DNA of 64,000 nt, from positions 2,432,001 to 2,496,000 of the forward strand of contig OZ242320.1 of NCBI GenBank assembly GCA_965208125.1. The letters are read 5' to 3'. The DNA comes from Candidatus Latescibacterota bacterium. GTDB lineage: Bacteria; Latescibacterota; UBA2968. Under the pieces are notes generated by a model that was not told the origin of the DNA, made no database searches, and worked only from the letters and a program-made list of their open reading frames with translations. Both the position numbers and the translations under genes were made by a program. Below are positions 8,684 through 17,810 of the stretch, one piece after another (within the stretch, counting starts at the first letter, position 1; the number at the start of each line of letters is the position of its first letter).

Positions 8684-9913
8684 ATGAGGCAGCTTGAAAA
8701 TGGATTGAGTGAACGGACGCTGGCTTTTGAGCCTGGTTTTGAGGTGTACGGTGAGGTGGTGAGTCGCACGTTTCAGCCGTCGTATGTGGTTACGCGCGAC
8801 GGTGTGTTGATCGCCTTTTGTCAGGGCAGGTTACGCGGCGGCCGCGACGACGATCCAAAGGTGATTCTGACGAGCAGGAGCAGGGATTGGGGCGCGACGT
8901 GGTCGCCAGCGAGGGCTGTTTCGGGACGGATCACCCACTACGCGGTGTCTGCGTATCTTTCCGAACGAGATGGACGTGAGCGCGTGTCCGTTCTGTCTAT
9001 GGTTGATTTGCGGGGTACGGAGAATATTTACGACAAGGACTATGGCGAGATGCGGGCGCAGTCCGGTATCGATATCGATGCCGTGGGGCGCGATACGCCT
9101 ATGGTTCTTTGCCGGTTTGATTCGGATGATGATGGCGATACCTGGACTATGGAGACGTTGCTCGGGGACCGGTCGCCTCTGAATCACTGCTATTCCGATG
9201 GTACGCTGATTATGTTCAACGCGGTGGGGCAGGTTCACGCGATTTCTGAAGGTCCTTATCGGGGGCGGTACGTTCTGGGGGGACCTGTTACTGTGGTGCC
9301 CGAGGGAGAGGCCGTTACGAATTATTTTCGCAACCATCCCCAGTCCGGTTCTGCCGTTATTTATAGCGATGATCAGGGCGAGACCTGGCGCGTGGATGGT
9401 TTTATTACGGATTATCTGGCTAACGAAGCTTCCGCTGTGTCGATCAATCGCGGTGAGGAGTTGCTGCTCGTCCGCAGGCTGAATTCGCGCGGTATGCTTG
9501 AAGCTCACGTTCCCTTCTCGGATGTGCGTCCCGGTTCTGTGCAGCGCATTGCCCATACTTCGACGGATTGCGGAAAGACGTGGTCCAGACCCTTTCTCGT
9601 CGATATCAGTGGGGTGCTCTGCCACGGCACACTTGCCCGGGGCGGGAGGCGTCTGCTCTTTTCTATTCCCAATGGCTCCGGTCTGCCCGAATCCGAGCGG
9701 CAGCACGCCACAGAGCGCCAGCGCGGTGCGATCTATTTTAGCGATGACGAAGGTCAGGCATGGCGCCATAAGGTTATCGAACCAGAGACTTTCTCCTACA
9801 GCACTGTTGGTCCCCTCAATGAATCCCAGTATATCACGCTCTACGCATGCAGTTCCATGGGGCAGGAGGGCGTCGGATGTCGGGTGTTTGAGGATGCGTG
9901 GCTGGATGCTTAG
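8684..9913 (+). CDS. Sialidase-like (GH33/BNR) Asp-box protein
   Basis: Five Asp boxes: SRDWGATW, SDDDGDTW, SDDQGETW, STDCGKTW, SDDEGQAW; ANEAS and FSYS motifs. Confidence 0.75.
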   Translation: MRQLENGLSERTLAFEPGFEVYGEVVSRTFQPSYVVTRDGVLIAFCQGRLRGGRDDDPKVILTSRSRDWGATWSPARAVSGRITHYAVSAYLSERDGRERVSVLSMVDLRGTENIYDKDYGEMRAQSGIDIDAVGRDTPMVLCRFDSDDDGDTWTMETLLGDRSPLNHCYSDGTLIMFNAVGQVHAISEGPYRGRYVLGGPVTVVPEGEAVTNYFRNHPQSGSAVIYSDDQGETWRVDGFITDYLANEASAVSINRGEELLLVRRLNSRGMLEAHVPFSDVRPGSVQRIAHTSTDCGKTWSRPFLVDISGVLCHGTLARGGRRLLFSIPNGSGLPESERQHATERQRGAIYFSDDEGQAWRHKVIEPETFSYSTVGPLNESQYITLYACSSMGQEGVGCRVFEDAWLDA

Positions 9914-9933
9914 AAGGATATAGGGGGTATGTT

Positions 9934-10707
9934 ATGATTGGCGAATCTGAAATTGCACAATTTGAAGAGGTTGGGGCGGTCACTATCGATACGCCTTTTA
10001 GTAAAGCGCGGCTGGATCGCGTTTCGAGGGTTTTTGATCGGATGTTGCCGTTTGAAGGCCCGGAAGATGGGAGACCTCCCCAGTATCGTGTGGGGCAACG
10101 GTATTTTCTCGAGCCTGAATTGCTGGATCTGATCCAGGATCCGTTTTTGGAAGCTGTGGCGAAAAAGACGTTGGGGGCCGATGCCGTGCATTTTTTTAAT
10201 GCGTTTATTGTCACTTCCTATCCACAGCCCGGCGCAATATTCAGTTTTTCCGAACATGTGGATATTAAATATAGCCTTTCAGACCTGGATGCCACACCCA
10301 AACAGATGCTTTGCAGTTGTCTGCTCTGGTTGAGCGATGTGACGGAAAAACGGGCACCTCTTATGTACCGACCCGGTAGCCACCGTTTGATTGCAGGGGA
10401 TGTGGAAAAGCATGGGACTTATATTCAGAATCCAGTCCCATTGCGAGAACTTCCCGAGTTGCCTTTTGCAGATCCGGTTCCTTTGCTTGCAAAGGCGGGG
10501 CAGATGACGGTTTGCACCACGGCAATGGTCCACGGCGCATCTATCAATATTGATACGTTTCCCCGGAAGGTGATGTTTATTGTGTTTAAGCCCGCAGGAT
10601 ATACTATTGATGCCAACATGAAAAGCATAGAAGTCCGAGAACAATATTATCGCGAGTTGAGAAATCATTTGCGTGAAGATCGATTGGGTATTCTCGAAAT
10701 GAGTTGA
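9934..10707 (+). CDS. PhyH-family Fe/2OG dioxygenase
   Basis: EHVD (HxD), LWLSDV, PGSH, KAGQ.....MVHGAS, PRKVMF. Confidence 0.8.
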   Translation: MIGESEIAQFEEVGAVTIDTPFSKARLDRVSRVFDRMLPFEGPEDGRPPQYRVGQRYFLEPELLDLIQDPFLEAVAKKTLGADAVHFFNAFIVTSYPQPGAIFSFSEHVDIKYSLSDLDATPKQMLCSCLLWLSDVTEKRAPLMYRPGSHRLIAGDVEKHGTYIQNPVPLRELPELPFADPVPLLAKAGQMTVCTTAMVHGASINIDTFPRKVMFIVFKPAGYTIDANMKSIEVREQYYRELRNHLREDRLGILEMS

Positions 10708-10782
10708 CTAACCTTGCAAATGTAATCTGAAAACGAAAAATTAGTTCTTGACATTTTTATCAACACAACGATCCCCTGAAAA

Positions 10783-12180
10783 TCAACCCGCGAACCTGGC
10801 CCCTGTATAAACCTGACTCTCCATCATTCGTTCCAGGATCCTCAGCTTCAGAGAATTCTCCACGTCAGCCATATCGGCTCTTCCGGCCAGGTTATTCACC
10901 TCACTCGGGTCGTTCTTCACGTCAAACAGCAGGTAGGCCTCCCCTTCTTTGTTGAGTGCAATCTTCCAATCATGATTCAACAGCATGACATCTCCGCCAT
11001 ATTCCGAAATCGCCTCGCTCCGGTGTTCGATCGAGGGGTCTGCAAGCATCGGGCAGAGGGATTTCGCAAACTGGGGATACTCGATTTCCCCTCCCGCTAG
11101 TTCAGCAAGTGTCGGCCCCGCATCAAACCACTCCGTATGGCTTGCGCATGTCTTTCCAGCAGCCGACCGACCGACGGTGTCAGGGGTCCGAATCACCAGG
11201 GGTACGCGAACGGCGCCATTCATAAAATTGCTTTTCGCCAGAATTCCACAATCACCGTTCATTTCGCCGTGATCAGAGACCAGAAGAATCACCGTATCGT
11301 CAAGCTCACCACGTGCTTCGATCGCCAATAGGATCTCTCCGATTTGGTCGTCAATCAGAGTCACGTTACCGGCGTAATCCGCTCGTAGTATCTTTTCTTC
11401 TCCAGGGTCGAATGTGGGCCTGTTGTCCAGGATATCATCCAGGGTTCCCCGAGGTCGCTTGCGCTCATCTCCGAAATAAGGAACCGGACTGGGCATGGCG
11501 TCGGGGTGGTACTTGCTCGCGTACGGTTCAGGTGTGTCATAAGGCATATGTGGTCCGCCAAAACTCACCCAGCAAAACCACGGCTCGGAGCGATCATAGC
11601 TTTCTAGATAGCCTTTGGCCTGCTGGCCTACATATATATCGTAATAGTCCTCCAGCCCCACTGCCGAGGGCCGCACCAGGTACCGTTTGGTTCTGGAACG
11701 CTCAGCGAGGTCCGCTTTGTACTTTTCCCACAGACCCTTTTTTTCCCACATCGAAGTCATATGAGAAACGCAGTTTGCGCACGCTCGTGGGCCCCCAATT
11801 TCATTCACATCATCCAGCCCATAGGCGTGCAACAGGTGCTCTCGACTGCGCAAGTCACCTGACGTAGGATGCAGGTGTGTCTTGCCGAACAGACTGGTTC
11901 GATACCCACAGGACCTGACAACCTGGGTCCACGTTTTCGCGTCGGTCGCCAGGGTATGGTCCTGATGATTCCACACACCCGTATTGTGAGGGTAGTGTCC
12001 CGTAGCCAGGCTCAGCCTTGCAGGTACACAGATAGGCGAATTCGTAACGCAATTAGAAAACCTCACGCCTTCATTTGCGATCCGATCCATATTCGGCGTT
12101 TCAACCCAGCCACCAGTGCAGCCCATCGCATCTGCACGCTGTTGATCCGTCATCAAGAGCAGAATATTCGGTTTCGCCAT
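10783..12180 (-). CDS. Sulfatase (choline-sulfatase-like)
   Basis: PNILLLMTDQQR, CVPARLSLATG, GKTHL, SDHGEM. Confidence 0.92.
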   Translation of the reverse strand: MAKPNILLLMTDQQRADAMGCTGGWVETPNMDRIANEGVRFSNCVTNSPICVPARLSLATGHYPHNTGVWNHQDHTLATDAKTWTQVVRSCGYRTSLFGKTHLHPTSGDLRSREHLLHAYGLDDVNEIGGPRACANCVSHMTSMWEKKGLWEKYKADLAERSRTKRYLVRPSAVGLEDYYDIYVGQQAKGYLESYDRSEPWFCWVSFGGPHMPYDTPEPYASKYHPDAMPSPVPYFGDERKRPRGTLDDILDNRPTFDPGEEKILRADYAGNVTLIDDQIGEILLAIEARGELDDTVILLVSDHGEMNGDCGILAKSNFMNGAVRVPLVIRTPDTVGRSAAGKTCASHTEWFDAGPTLAELAGGEIEYPQFAKSLCPMLADPSIEHRSEAISEYGGDVMLLNHDWKIALNKEGEAYLLFDVKNDPSEVNNLAGRADMADVENSLKLRILERMMESQVYTGARFAG

Positions 12181-12287
12181 ATGTGATTCTTCCGTTTGTC
12201 GGCAATAGAGTGTGAAGCGTTAGAACGCATCATAGGTAAATCAACCGTCGGTTTTGATAGAGAGATTTATTTATAATCCAACAAGTG

Positions 12288-13100
12288 CTACACATCCCAC
12301 CTTGCCAATTCCATCCACCGCGTCATCTCTTTTTGAGCTTCATTAAATCGTTCGCGGATCTCTGGCGGAAGACATCTGTGGTATCCATTTGGAGGCTCGC
12401 GCATCATCACATTATAATGTGCGTGTGTGTAGTTGAAATATAGATTGGATCGCACTGGCTCTGTGGTCTTGGGCAGTCCATTGTGGATGACGGTCTCGGA
12501 AAAGAGTAAGACATCGCCTGCCTTGCCCGTTACTGCGACAGCACCCGGAAGATTCAATCCCTGATATTCCTGCCAGCTCAAATCAAAATTGCTTTTGTGT
12601 GAACCCGGTACAGCCACCACGCATCCGTCGTCGGGTCCATTATCTGTTAAAAAATACACAGTATTGAGCATCCGAGAACGAATATCGCCGTTTCGATAAC
12701 TGTAATCCGTTGTTGGCACGCCGCGATGCCATCCCCCATGTTGCGCTCCCTTGTATTTAGAAATCGACCAGGTGTTGATGAGTTGTGGTTCGCCCATAAA
12801 TGCCTTCAGATAAGGCACGACTTTCGGATGTGCGATCATCAGGTCAAAGACGGGATCAAGCCGTAAGAGACCGTTCAAACGGATCTGCAATTCTCGACTC
12901 TTATCACAGGTTGGTAGTGGTTTTGGTCTGCCAAAAGTGGGTGCAGATGCCATCCATTCATCTTTGTATGTCCGACTTTCCAAATCGGACAGGACATTCA
13001 GAGTGGCTTCACATTCTTCGGGTGTCAATACATTGCGCAGGATCAGAAAGCCACTCAGGTCAAAATGGAACCGGTGTTCGATTGGTATATTATCTGCCAT
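12288..13100 (-). CDS. PhyH-family Fe/2OG dioxygenase
   Basis: FDLSGFLILRNVL, GWHRG, PGSHKSNF, GKAGDVLLFSETVIHNG; start MADNIP after AGGAG. Confidence 0.85.
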   Translation of the reverse strand: MADNIPIEHRFHFDLSGFLILRNVLTPEECEATLNVLSDLESRTYKDEWMASAPTFGRPKPLPTCDKSRELQIRLNGLLRLDPVFDLMIAHPKVVPYLKAFMGEPQLINTWSISKYKGAQHGGWHRGVPTTDYSYRNGDIRSRMLNTVYFLTDNGPDDGCVVAVPGSHKSNFDLSWQEYQGLNLPGAVAVTGKAGDVLLFSETVIHNGLPKTTEPVRSNLYFNYTHAHYNVMMREPPNGYHRCLPPEIRERFNEAQKEMTRWMELARWDV

Positions 13101-13207
13101 ATTTGATGCTCCTGTTATCTTCAATTCAAGCCGAACAACAAGCGAACGTATAGAACGATTGAAAAATCCAAATAAATGTAGCTTTGTGAACCAATGGCTG
13201 CAAGATG

Positions 13208-13240
13208 AAAAAGCCACTCCGAATTTCAGGAGTGGCTTCT
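13208..13240. terminator. Intrinsic terminator-like hairpin downstream of the antitoxin gene
   Basis: AAGCCACTCC-8 nt-GGAGTGGCTT with flanking A/T runs. Confidence 0.6.
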
Positions 13241-13265
13241 TGAGGTGGATGGTGTTTGGGACCTG

Positions 13266-13544
13266 TTACACGTTTGAGGTTGGGTTCTCAATCTCCAGGA
13301 GGCGTTGTTCAAGGAGCAAATTAACCAGACTCTCGATACTTACACCCCGTGTTCGAGCAAGACGTTGCACACGCGCTAATAACTCACGGTCAACCCCTAC
13401 CAGGTATTGCCGTCGTGCTTCTGGCGCAAAATCGAAATCAACAGGCTCCGTCTGTTCCCAATAGTCGGCAAGACTATGTGTATCCCAGAACGTTGCCATT
13501 TCTTCGTAGCTGTCGAATTTCGGAATTTTTTTATCGTCGTGCAT
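13266..13544 (-). CDS. CopG/BrnA-type antitoxin (ribbon-helix-helix)
   Basis: IPKFDSYEEMATFWDTHSLADYW plus C-terminal LARTRGVSIESLVNLLL. Confidence 0.8.
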   Translation of the reverse strand: MHDDKKIPKFDSYEEMATFWDTHSLADYWEQTEPVDFDFAPEARRQYLVGVDRELLARVQRLARTRGVSIESLVNLLLEQRLLEIENPTSNV

Positions 13545-13584
13545 ATTGCCTTCTTTCCTTGTCACGCGCACTCAAAATGAATAT
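13531..13584 (-). pseudogene. 3' remnant of a BrnT-type toxin gene
   Basis: Minus frame reads IFILSARDKERRQYARR-stop, overlapping the antitoxin start; resembles the ISAR...ERxxY C-terminus of BrnT; truncated at the direct repeat. Confidence 0.55.
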
Positions 13585-13724
13585 AGTTTTGTGAACCAAT
13601 GGTTGCAAGACGAATTTCTACAACTACAGGCTTGATATTATGCTCAAAAAGTTAGATTTTTATTGTGAAGGGTAAATTCTCAGGATATTTTTGTGCGTAC
13701 TTCTGTCAGATCTTCCTCGTGCTC

Positions 13725-14360
13725 TCATTTGGCTCTCGATGATGCAGCATTTTCTTTTAACAGGTTGATTTGCGAGGACAGGGCTTCTTCGAGATTTTTT
13801 GCGTTCATCCGCTGTAGAATCTCCTGTTCGTATGTGGACATGAGGGGCGTTTGAATACCATTTGCTTTTGCATTGATCAGGTAGCTAATGCCATCTCGCC
13901 CCTGGTCTTTCTTTTTTACGCTGACGCTTTGAATAGCCAGCTTTGCCAGGTGTGCTGGTGTCAAGGGTTGGATATTAGCGGCAATTCGGGCGTAATAAAC
14001 CACATCGATGCCCTTGAAATGTTCCAGCGGTTCTGCATACACCTTATTATCACCGGGGTTTACATGGGGTTGGTAAATTTTCCGAGTGTCAAAACAGTTC
14101 GTTTCCCGGCGCCAGAGCATATTTTTAGCTTCAGCTTCAGATATGCCGTCTCTTAATATTAGGATAACGCCTTTTACAGAAGCACCACCCTCGGCGACCG
14201 GAACTAACGTGGGTGCATAATTGCGGCTTCGGCTCTTCCGGGCGAATTCAACCATAAATGGCGTATTGACATCTTTGATTTTTGCAGCCGTGTTCGGTCC
14301 AAGTTCTGGACCCGGATTGTCTATTAGAGAGCCGTAGGCGAGAATACCGATTCGTTTCAT
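13725..14360 (-). CDS. Gamma-glutamylcyclotransferase/ChaC-like protein
   Basis: N-terminal GILAYGSLI motif, APTLV, LWRRE, GISYL. Confidence 0.55.
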   Translation of the reverse strand: MKRIGILAYGSLIDNPGPELGPNTAAKIKDVNTPFMVEFARKSRSRNYAPTLVPVAEGGASVKGVILILRDGISEAEAKNMLWRRETNCFDTRKIYQPHVNPGDNKVYAEPLEHFKGIDVVYYARIAANIQPLTPAHLAKLAIQSVSVKKKDQGRDGISYLINAKANGIQTPLMSTYEQEILQRMNAKNLEEALSSQINLLKENAASSRAK

Positions 14361-14430
14361 GTTCAGATCCCAATCTGTCTGTTGTGACTAAATTTGTGCG
14401 TGCTGCCAATCACCGAAACCATCTTCGAAT

Positions 14431-15000
14431 ATGAAAACAGACCGATTTCCATCGAAAGTTCCATTCTTCCCAGTCGGATCTTATAACCTGCGTGGAATAA
14501 AACCTGAGGACGCACGCTCTCTCTACCATTTTATGTCGGATAAAGAGGTAACCCAATTTACAAGCTTACATGCAGAAACGCTTGAAGAGGTCCAATCATG
14601 GATTGAACTTATGATGGAACAGTTTGAAAAGAAACAATCGATTTATTGGGTTATAACAGAGGATAATCGTGCCATTGGTCGATGTCACTATATTTATCTC
14701 GACGCTATACATTCAAGAGCCGAGATTGGATACTACCTCGCAAAAGAGTACTGGGGCTGCGGAATTATGACGAAAGCTGTTGCTGCAATTGTAGAATACG
14801 GCTTTGAACACCTCAAATTGAATCGAATCGAAGCAAGGTCGATTTCCAGGAATTATGGTTCCGCACGCGTCCTTGAAAAAGTCGGTTTTTCAAAAGAAGG
14901 TACCCTGAGGCAGCATACTTTTAGAGCCGGTGAGTTTTTCGATGTTGAGGTGTTTTCGTTTTTAAACGAAGATTGGCAACAATTGAGAAACTCTTTATAG
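14431..15000 (+). CDS. GNAT N-acetyltransferase, RimJ/RimL family
   Basis: RAEIGYYLAKEYWGCGIMTKAV, LNRIEA, N.GSARVLEKVGF.KEG.LR. Confidence 0.9.
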   Translation: MKTDRFPSKVPFFPVGSYNLRGIKPEDARSLYHFMSDKEVTQFTSLHAETLEEVQSWIELMMEQFEKKQSIYWVITEDNRAIGRCHYIYLDAIHSRAEIGYYLAKEYWGCGIMTKAVAAIVEYGFEHLKLNRIEARSISRNYGSARVLEKVGFSKEGTLRQHTFRAGEFFDVEVFSFLNEDWQQLRNSL

Positions 15001-15045
15001 CACACATTACAACGACAAAAGACGGCATCCAGATGGGCACCAAAG

Positions 15046-15080
15046 AAAAATGGGTTGCGCATAAATTTGCGTAACCCATT
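15046..15080 (-). terminator. Terminator hairpin downstream of tRNA-Val (possibly bidirectional)
   Basis: AATGGGTTGCGCA / TGCGTAACCCATT stem with A and T runs on both sides. Confidence 0.7.
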
Positions 15081-15088
15081 GTTTTTAA

Positions 15089-15165
15089 TGGTGGGCGATA
15101 CTGGACTTGAACCAGTGACCTCTTGCATGTCAAGCAAGCACTCTAACCACCTGAGCTAATCGCCC
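15089..15165 (-). tRNA. trnV: tRNA-Val(GAC)
   Basis: GGGCGATTAGCTCAGGTGGTTAGAGTGCTTGCTT-GAC-ATGCAAGAGGTCACTGGTTCAAGTCCAGTATCGCCCACCA; cloverleaf with encoded CCA. Confidence 0.98.
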
Positions 15166-15201
15166 ACTAATTTGAAAGAACACACGGCCTGGTATGAACA
15201 A

Positions 15202-15230
15202 AAGCTATATGGATACAAAAATGTTGTCAA
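15202..15230 (-). promoter_or_regulatory. Sigma70 promoter for tRNA-Val
   Basis: Minus strand TTGACA-N17-TAGCTT, about 36 nt upstream of the tRNA. Confidence 0.6.
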
Positions 15231-15359
15231 GCGAATTTTCTGACGGACGGTCGATTTTTTGGTGTGAAAAAGTGGGCAGAAATGCATATCATAGTATTGG
15301 AAGACCAGTACATTGCCGATAACTTTGAATTGGTTTGCTGGTTGGCAAAGGAGATAAAA

Positions 15360-16268
15360 ATGCAATATCGCAATCTTGGGCGCACTGGCATTAAAGTATC
15401 TGTTGTCGGTCTGGGGGGACACGAGTTCCATCCTGATTCGCGTGTCGCTGGCTTTGGGGATAACAAGGACCTGGCAGTAACTCCTGGTCACATTTTTCCT
15501 GGCTTTGGTGGAGAGAACAGACTGCGGATTGTAGAGACAGCTCTGGAAGCTGGGGTCAACCTCTTTGATCTGACAATCGATTCTGAGAAAGAGGCTATGG
15601 GCAGGATTCTGAGAGCGGTGGATGTCAAAGATGAGATTCTTATACAAACCCGGCCAGAGGGCATGGTCTATACCTATGACCCGCACAACAGGAAGATGGC
15701 GGACTACAGCCTCTTGAGAACTGAAGCGATCCGAGCTTTGAAGCTCATACAGCGGGAGGTGATAGACATCTACAACTTTGCCTTCATGGCAGATGCCCTA
15801 AAACACGATCCGGACTACCTCGATAAAATTGCGGACAACATCCAGAAGCTCAAGGATGAGGGGCTGATCCGATTTGCTTCGGCAGATACATTTTCAGGTC
15901 CGGAGACTTATGCCAAACAGTATGACAAGGGCTGCTTTGATACAACTTTCATAAACTGCAATCCCCTCGAAAAGGCCAAATTTGGTGATACCATCGTGAA
16001 AGCGGAAAAGCAAGCGTTAGGCATCCTGGGGCGCGTGCTCTTTCAGAAAGCAAAGGTGTTTGCAATTGCAGAAGAAAAAGGCTACGTCAACAGGGCACAA
16101 GTTGCTAAGGCTCTGATCAAGTGGGCAGTCAAGGATAGCGGAGTTCACACCATCATGTTGGGTGTCTCCTCTCCAGATCAGTTGACAGAGAACCTGACTG
16201 CCTTAAAAGATCTAAATTATGATGAAGATGAGATCAGGATTATAGAGGCACTGAGCGAGGAATCTTAA
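15360..16268 (+). CDS. Aldo/keto reductase family protein
   Basis: MQYRNLGRTGIKVSVVGLGG, ALEAGVNLFD, LKDEGLIRF, GVSSPDQLTENL. Confidence 0.85.
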   Translation: MQYRNLGRTGIKVSVVGLGGHEFHPDSRVAGFGDNKDLAVTPGHIFPGFGGENRLRIVETALEAGVNLFDLTIDSEKEAMGRILRAVDVKDEILIQTRPEGMVYTYDPHNRKMADYSLLRTEAIRALKLIQREVIDIYNFAFMADALKHDPDYLDKIADNIQKLKDEGLIRFASADTFSGPETYAKQYDKGCFDTTFINCNPLEKAKFGDTIVKAEKQALGILGRVLFQKAKVFAIAEEKGYVNRAQVAKALIKWAVKDSGVHTIMLGVSSPDQLTENLTALKDLNYDEDEIRIIEALSEES

Positions 16269-16340
16269 TATGCAAATTTCACATGGTGCTCTTGACGGTC
16301 AGCGCCACCGCACCCTTATTTCAACAGAAGGATTTGTGTT

Positions 16341-17768
16341 ATGAAACCATCTATGTTTCTCACTATAGCTGCTTTTGTATTCTCTGCCGCTGGTGTGGCT
16401 CCGGGTGCCGAAGCCTCTGCGATTCCTGCGTTTCCCGGTGCCGAAGGGGCCGGTGCTCAAACTGTTGGTGGTCGAGGTGGTCGCGTCATTGAGGTTACCA
16501 ACCTCAACGACAGCGGTCCTGGCAGCCTTCGCGCCGCCGTAGAAGCCACTGGGCCCCGCACCGTTGTCTTCCGAGTCGGTGGCACGATCCACCTTCGCAG
16601 CCCGCTCAAGATCAGCGAGCCTTATCTCACCATTGCTGGCCAGACCGCTCCTGGCGGTGGCATCTGCCTGGCCGACTATCAACTCAGCATTGATGCCGAC
16701 GAGGTTATTGTGCGCTTCCTGCGTGTTCGCCTTGGCGATACTTCGGAAAAAGATATGGACGCCATCGGCAGCCGGTATCATAAGAATATCATCATCGATC
16801 ACTGCTCAGCCAGTTGGAGTATAGATGAATGCGTTTCTCTCTATCGCGGAGAGAACATCACCGTCCAATGGTGCCTGATCTCAGAAAGCCTCCGAGAATC
16901 GACGCACATAAAAGGTGCCCACGGCTTCGGTGGCATCTGGGGTGGCAAGCGCGCCAGCTACCATCACAACCTCCTGGCACACCACTCCAGTCGCAATCCG
17001 CGTATCGCAGGTCGTGAGCCCTTTGTCCAGCTTGTCGATCTGCGAAACAACGTCATCTACAATTGGGGCTACAACTCCTGCTACGGCGGCGAGGGCGATG
17101 TTCGCATCAATCTGGTCAATAACGTTTACAAACCCGGCCCTGCAACCCGCGAAAACGTGCGCGCTCGTCTCACCAACCCTTATGAAGGTGATGAAGGTCC
17201 CGAAGGGTTGGAGCGTTGGTGGATTGCTGGAAATCTCGTTATGGGTGCTCCAGACGTCACTGCTGACAATTGGCTCGGCGTCCATCCCGGTAATGATCTC
17301 CCTATCAATCATTTTCGTGCCGAGGGTCCTTTCGAGATTGCACCGATACATACGGATTCCGCCGCACGCGCTTACCAGCGCGTTCTGGAACACGTCGGTG
17401 CCATCCTCCCGAGCCGTGACACGTACGACAAACGTATCGTCGCCGAGGTAGAATCCGGCACGGCCACTTACGGTGGTTCGTATGGCGAAGGTTCAGGCAT
17501 TATCGACTCCCAGAAAACGGTTGGTGGCTGGCCCGAATTGGCTTCCGGTCAACCACCTGCCGACACCGACCGCGATGGTATGCCCGATGCCTGGGAGAAG
17601 CGTTATGCACTCAACCCGGCTGATCCTGCAGACGGCCCCAAAGACCGTGACAACGACGGCTATACCAATCTTGAGGAATATCTCAACGCGACAAACCCCA
17701 CGGTTTATATCGATTATAGTGACCCGGCCAATAATCGCTTTAGTTGGGACATCGAATCGACCGAGTGA
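16341..17768 (+). CDS. Secreted pectate lyase (PL1-like) with C-terminal Ca-binding repeats
   Basis: Signal peptide; AFPGAEGAG...GGRGG, VTNLNDSGPGSLR, IIDHCSASWSIDE, SRNPR, DTDRDGMPDAWE. Confidence 0.9.
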   Translation: MKPSMFLTIAAFVFSAAGVAPGAEASAIPAFPGAEGAGAQTVGGRGGRVIEVTNLNDSGPGSLRAAVEATGPRTVVFRVGGTIHLRSPLKISEPYLTIAGQTAPGGGICLADYQLSIDADEVIVRFLRVRLGDTSEKDMDAIGSRYHKNIIIDHCSASWSIDECVSLYRGENITVQWCLISESLRESTHIKGAHGFGGIWGGKRASYHHNLLAHHSSRNPRIAGREPFVQLVDLRNNVIYNWGYNSCYGGEGDVRINLVNNVYKPGPATRENVRARLTNPYEGDEGPEGLERWWIAGNLVMGAPDVTADNWLGVHPGNDLPINHFRAEGPFEIAPIHTDSAARAYQRVLEHVGAILPSRDTYDKRIVAEVESGTATYGGSYGEGSGIIDSQKTVGGWPELASGQPPADTDRDGMPDAWEKRYALNPADPADGPKDRDNDGYTNLEEYLNATNPTVYIDYSDPANNRFSWDIESTE

Positions 17769-17810
17769 GCGTCTCAGTTCAAGCATTCGGGTTTTTTACT
17801 GGAGGTGTGT

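Larger units (their letters stand above)
13170..13614. repeat. 40-bp direct repeats (13170-13209 and 13575-13614) flanking an antitoxin module
   Basis: AAATaAATgTAGcTTTGTGAACCAATGGcTGCAAGAtGAA versus AAATgAATaTAGtTTTGTGAACCAATGGtTGCAAGAcGAA, 35 of 40 identical. Confidence 0.85.

Noticed and set aside
14853-15686. Minus-strand ORFs overlapping tRNA-Val and the aldo/keto reductase
   Set aside because: They are explained by the tRNA and by the antisense strands of real genes.
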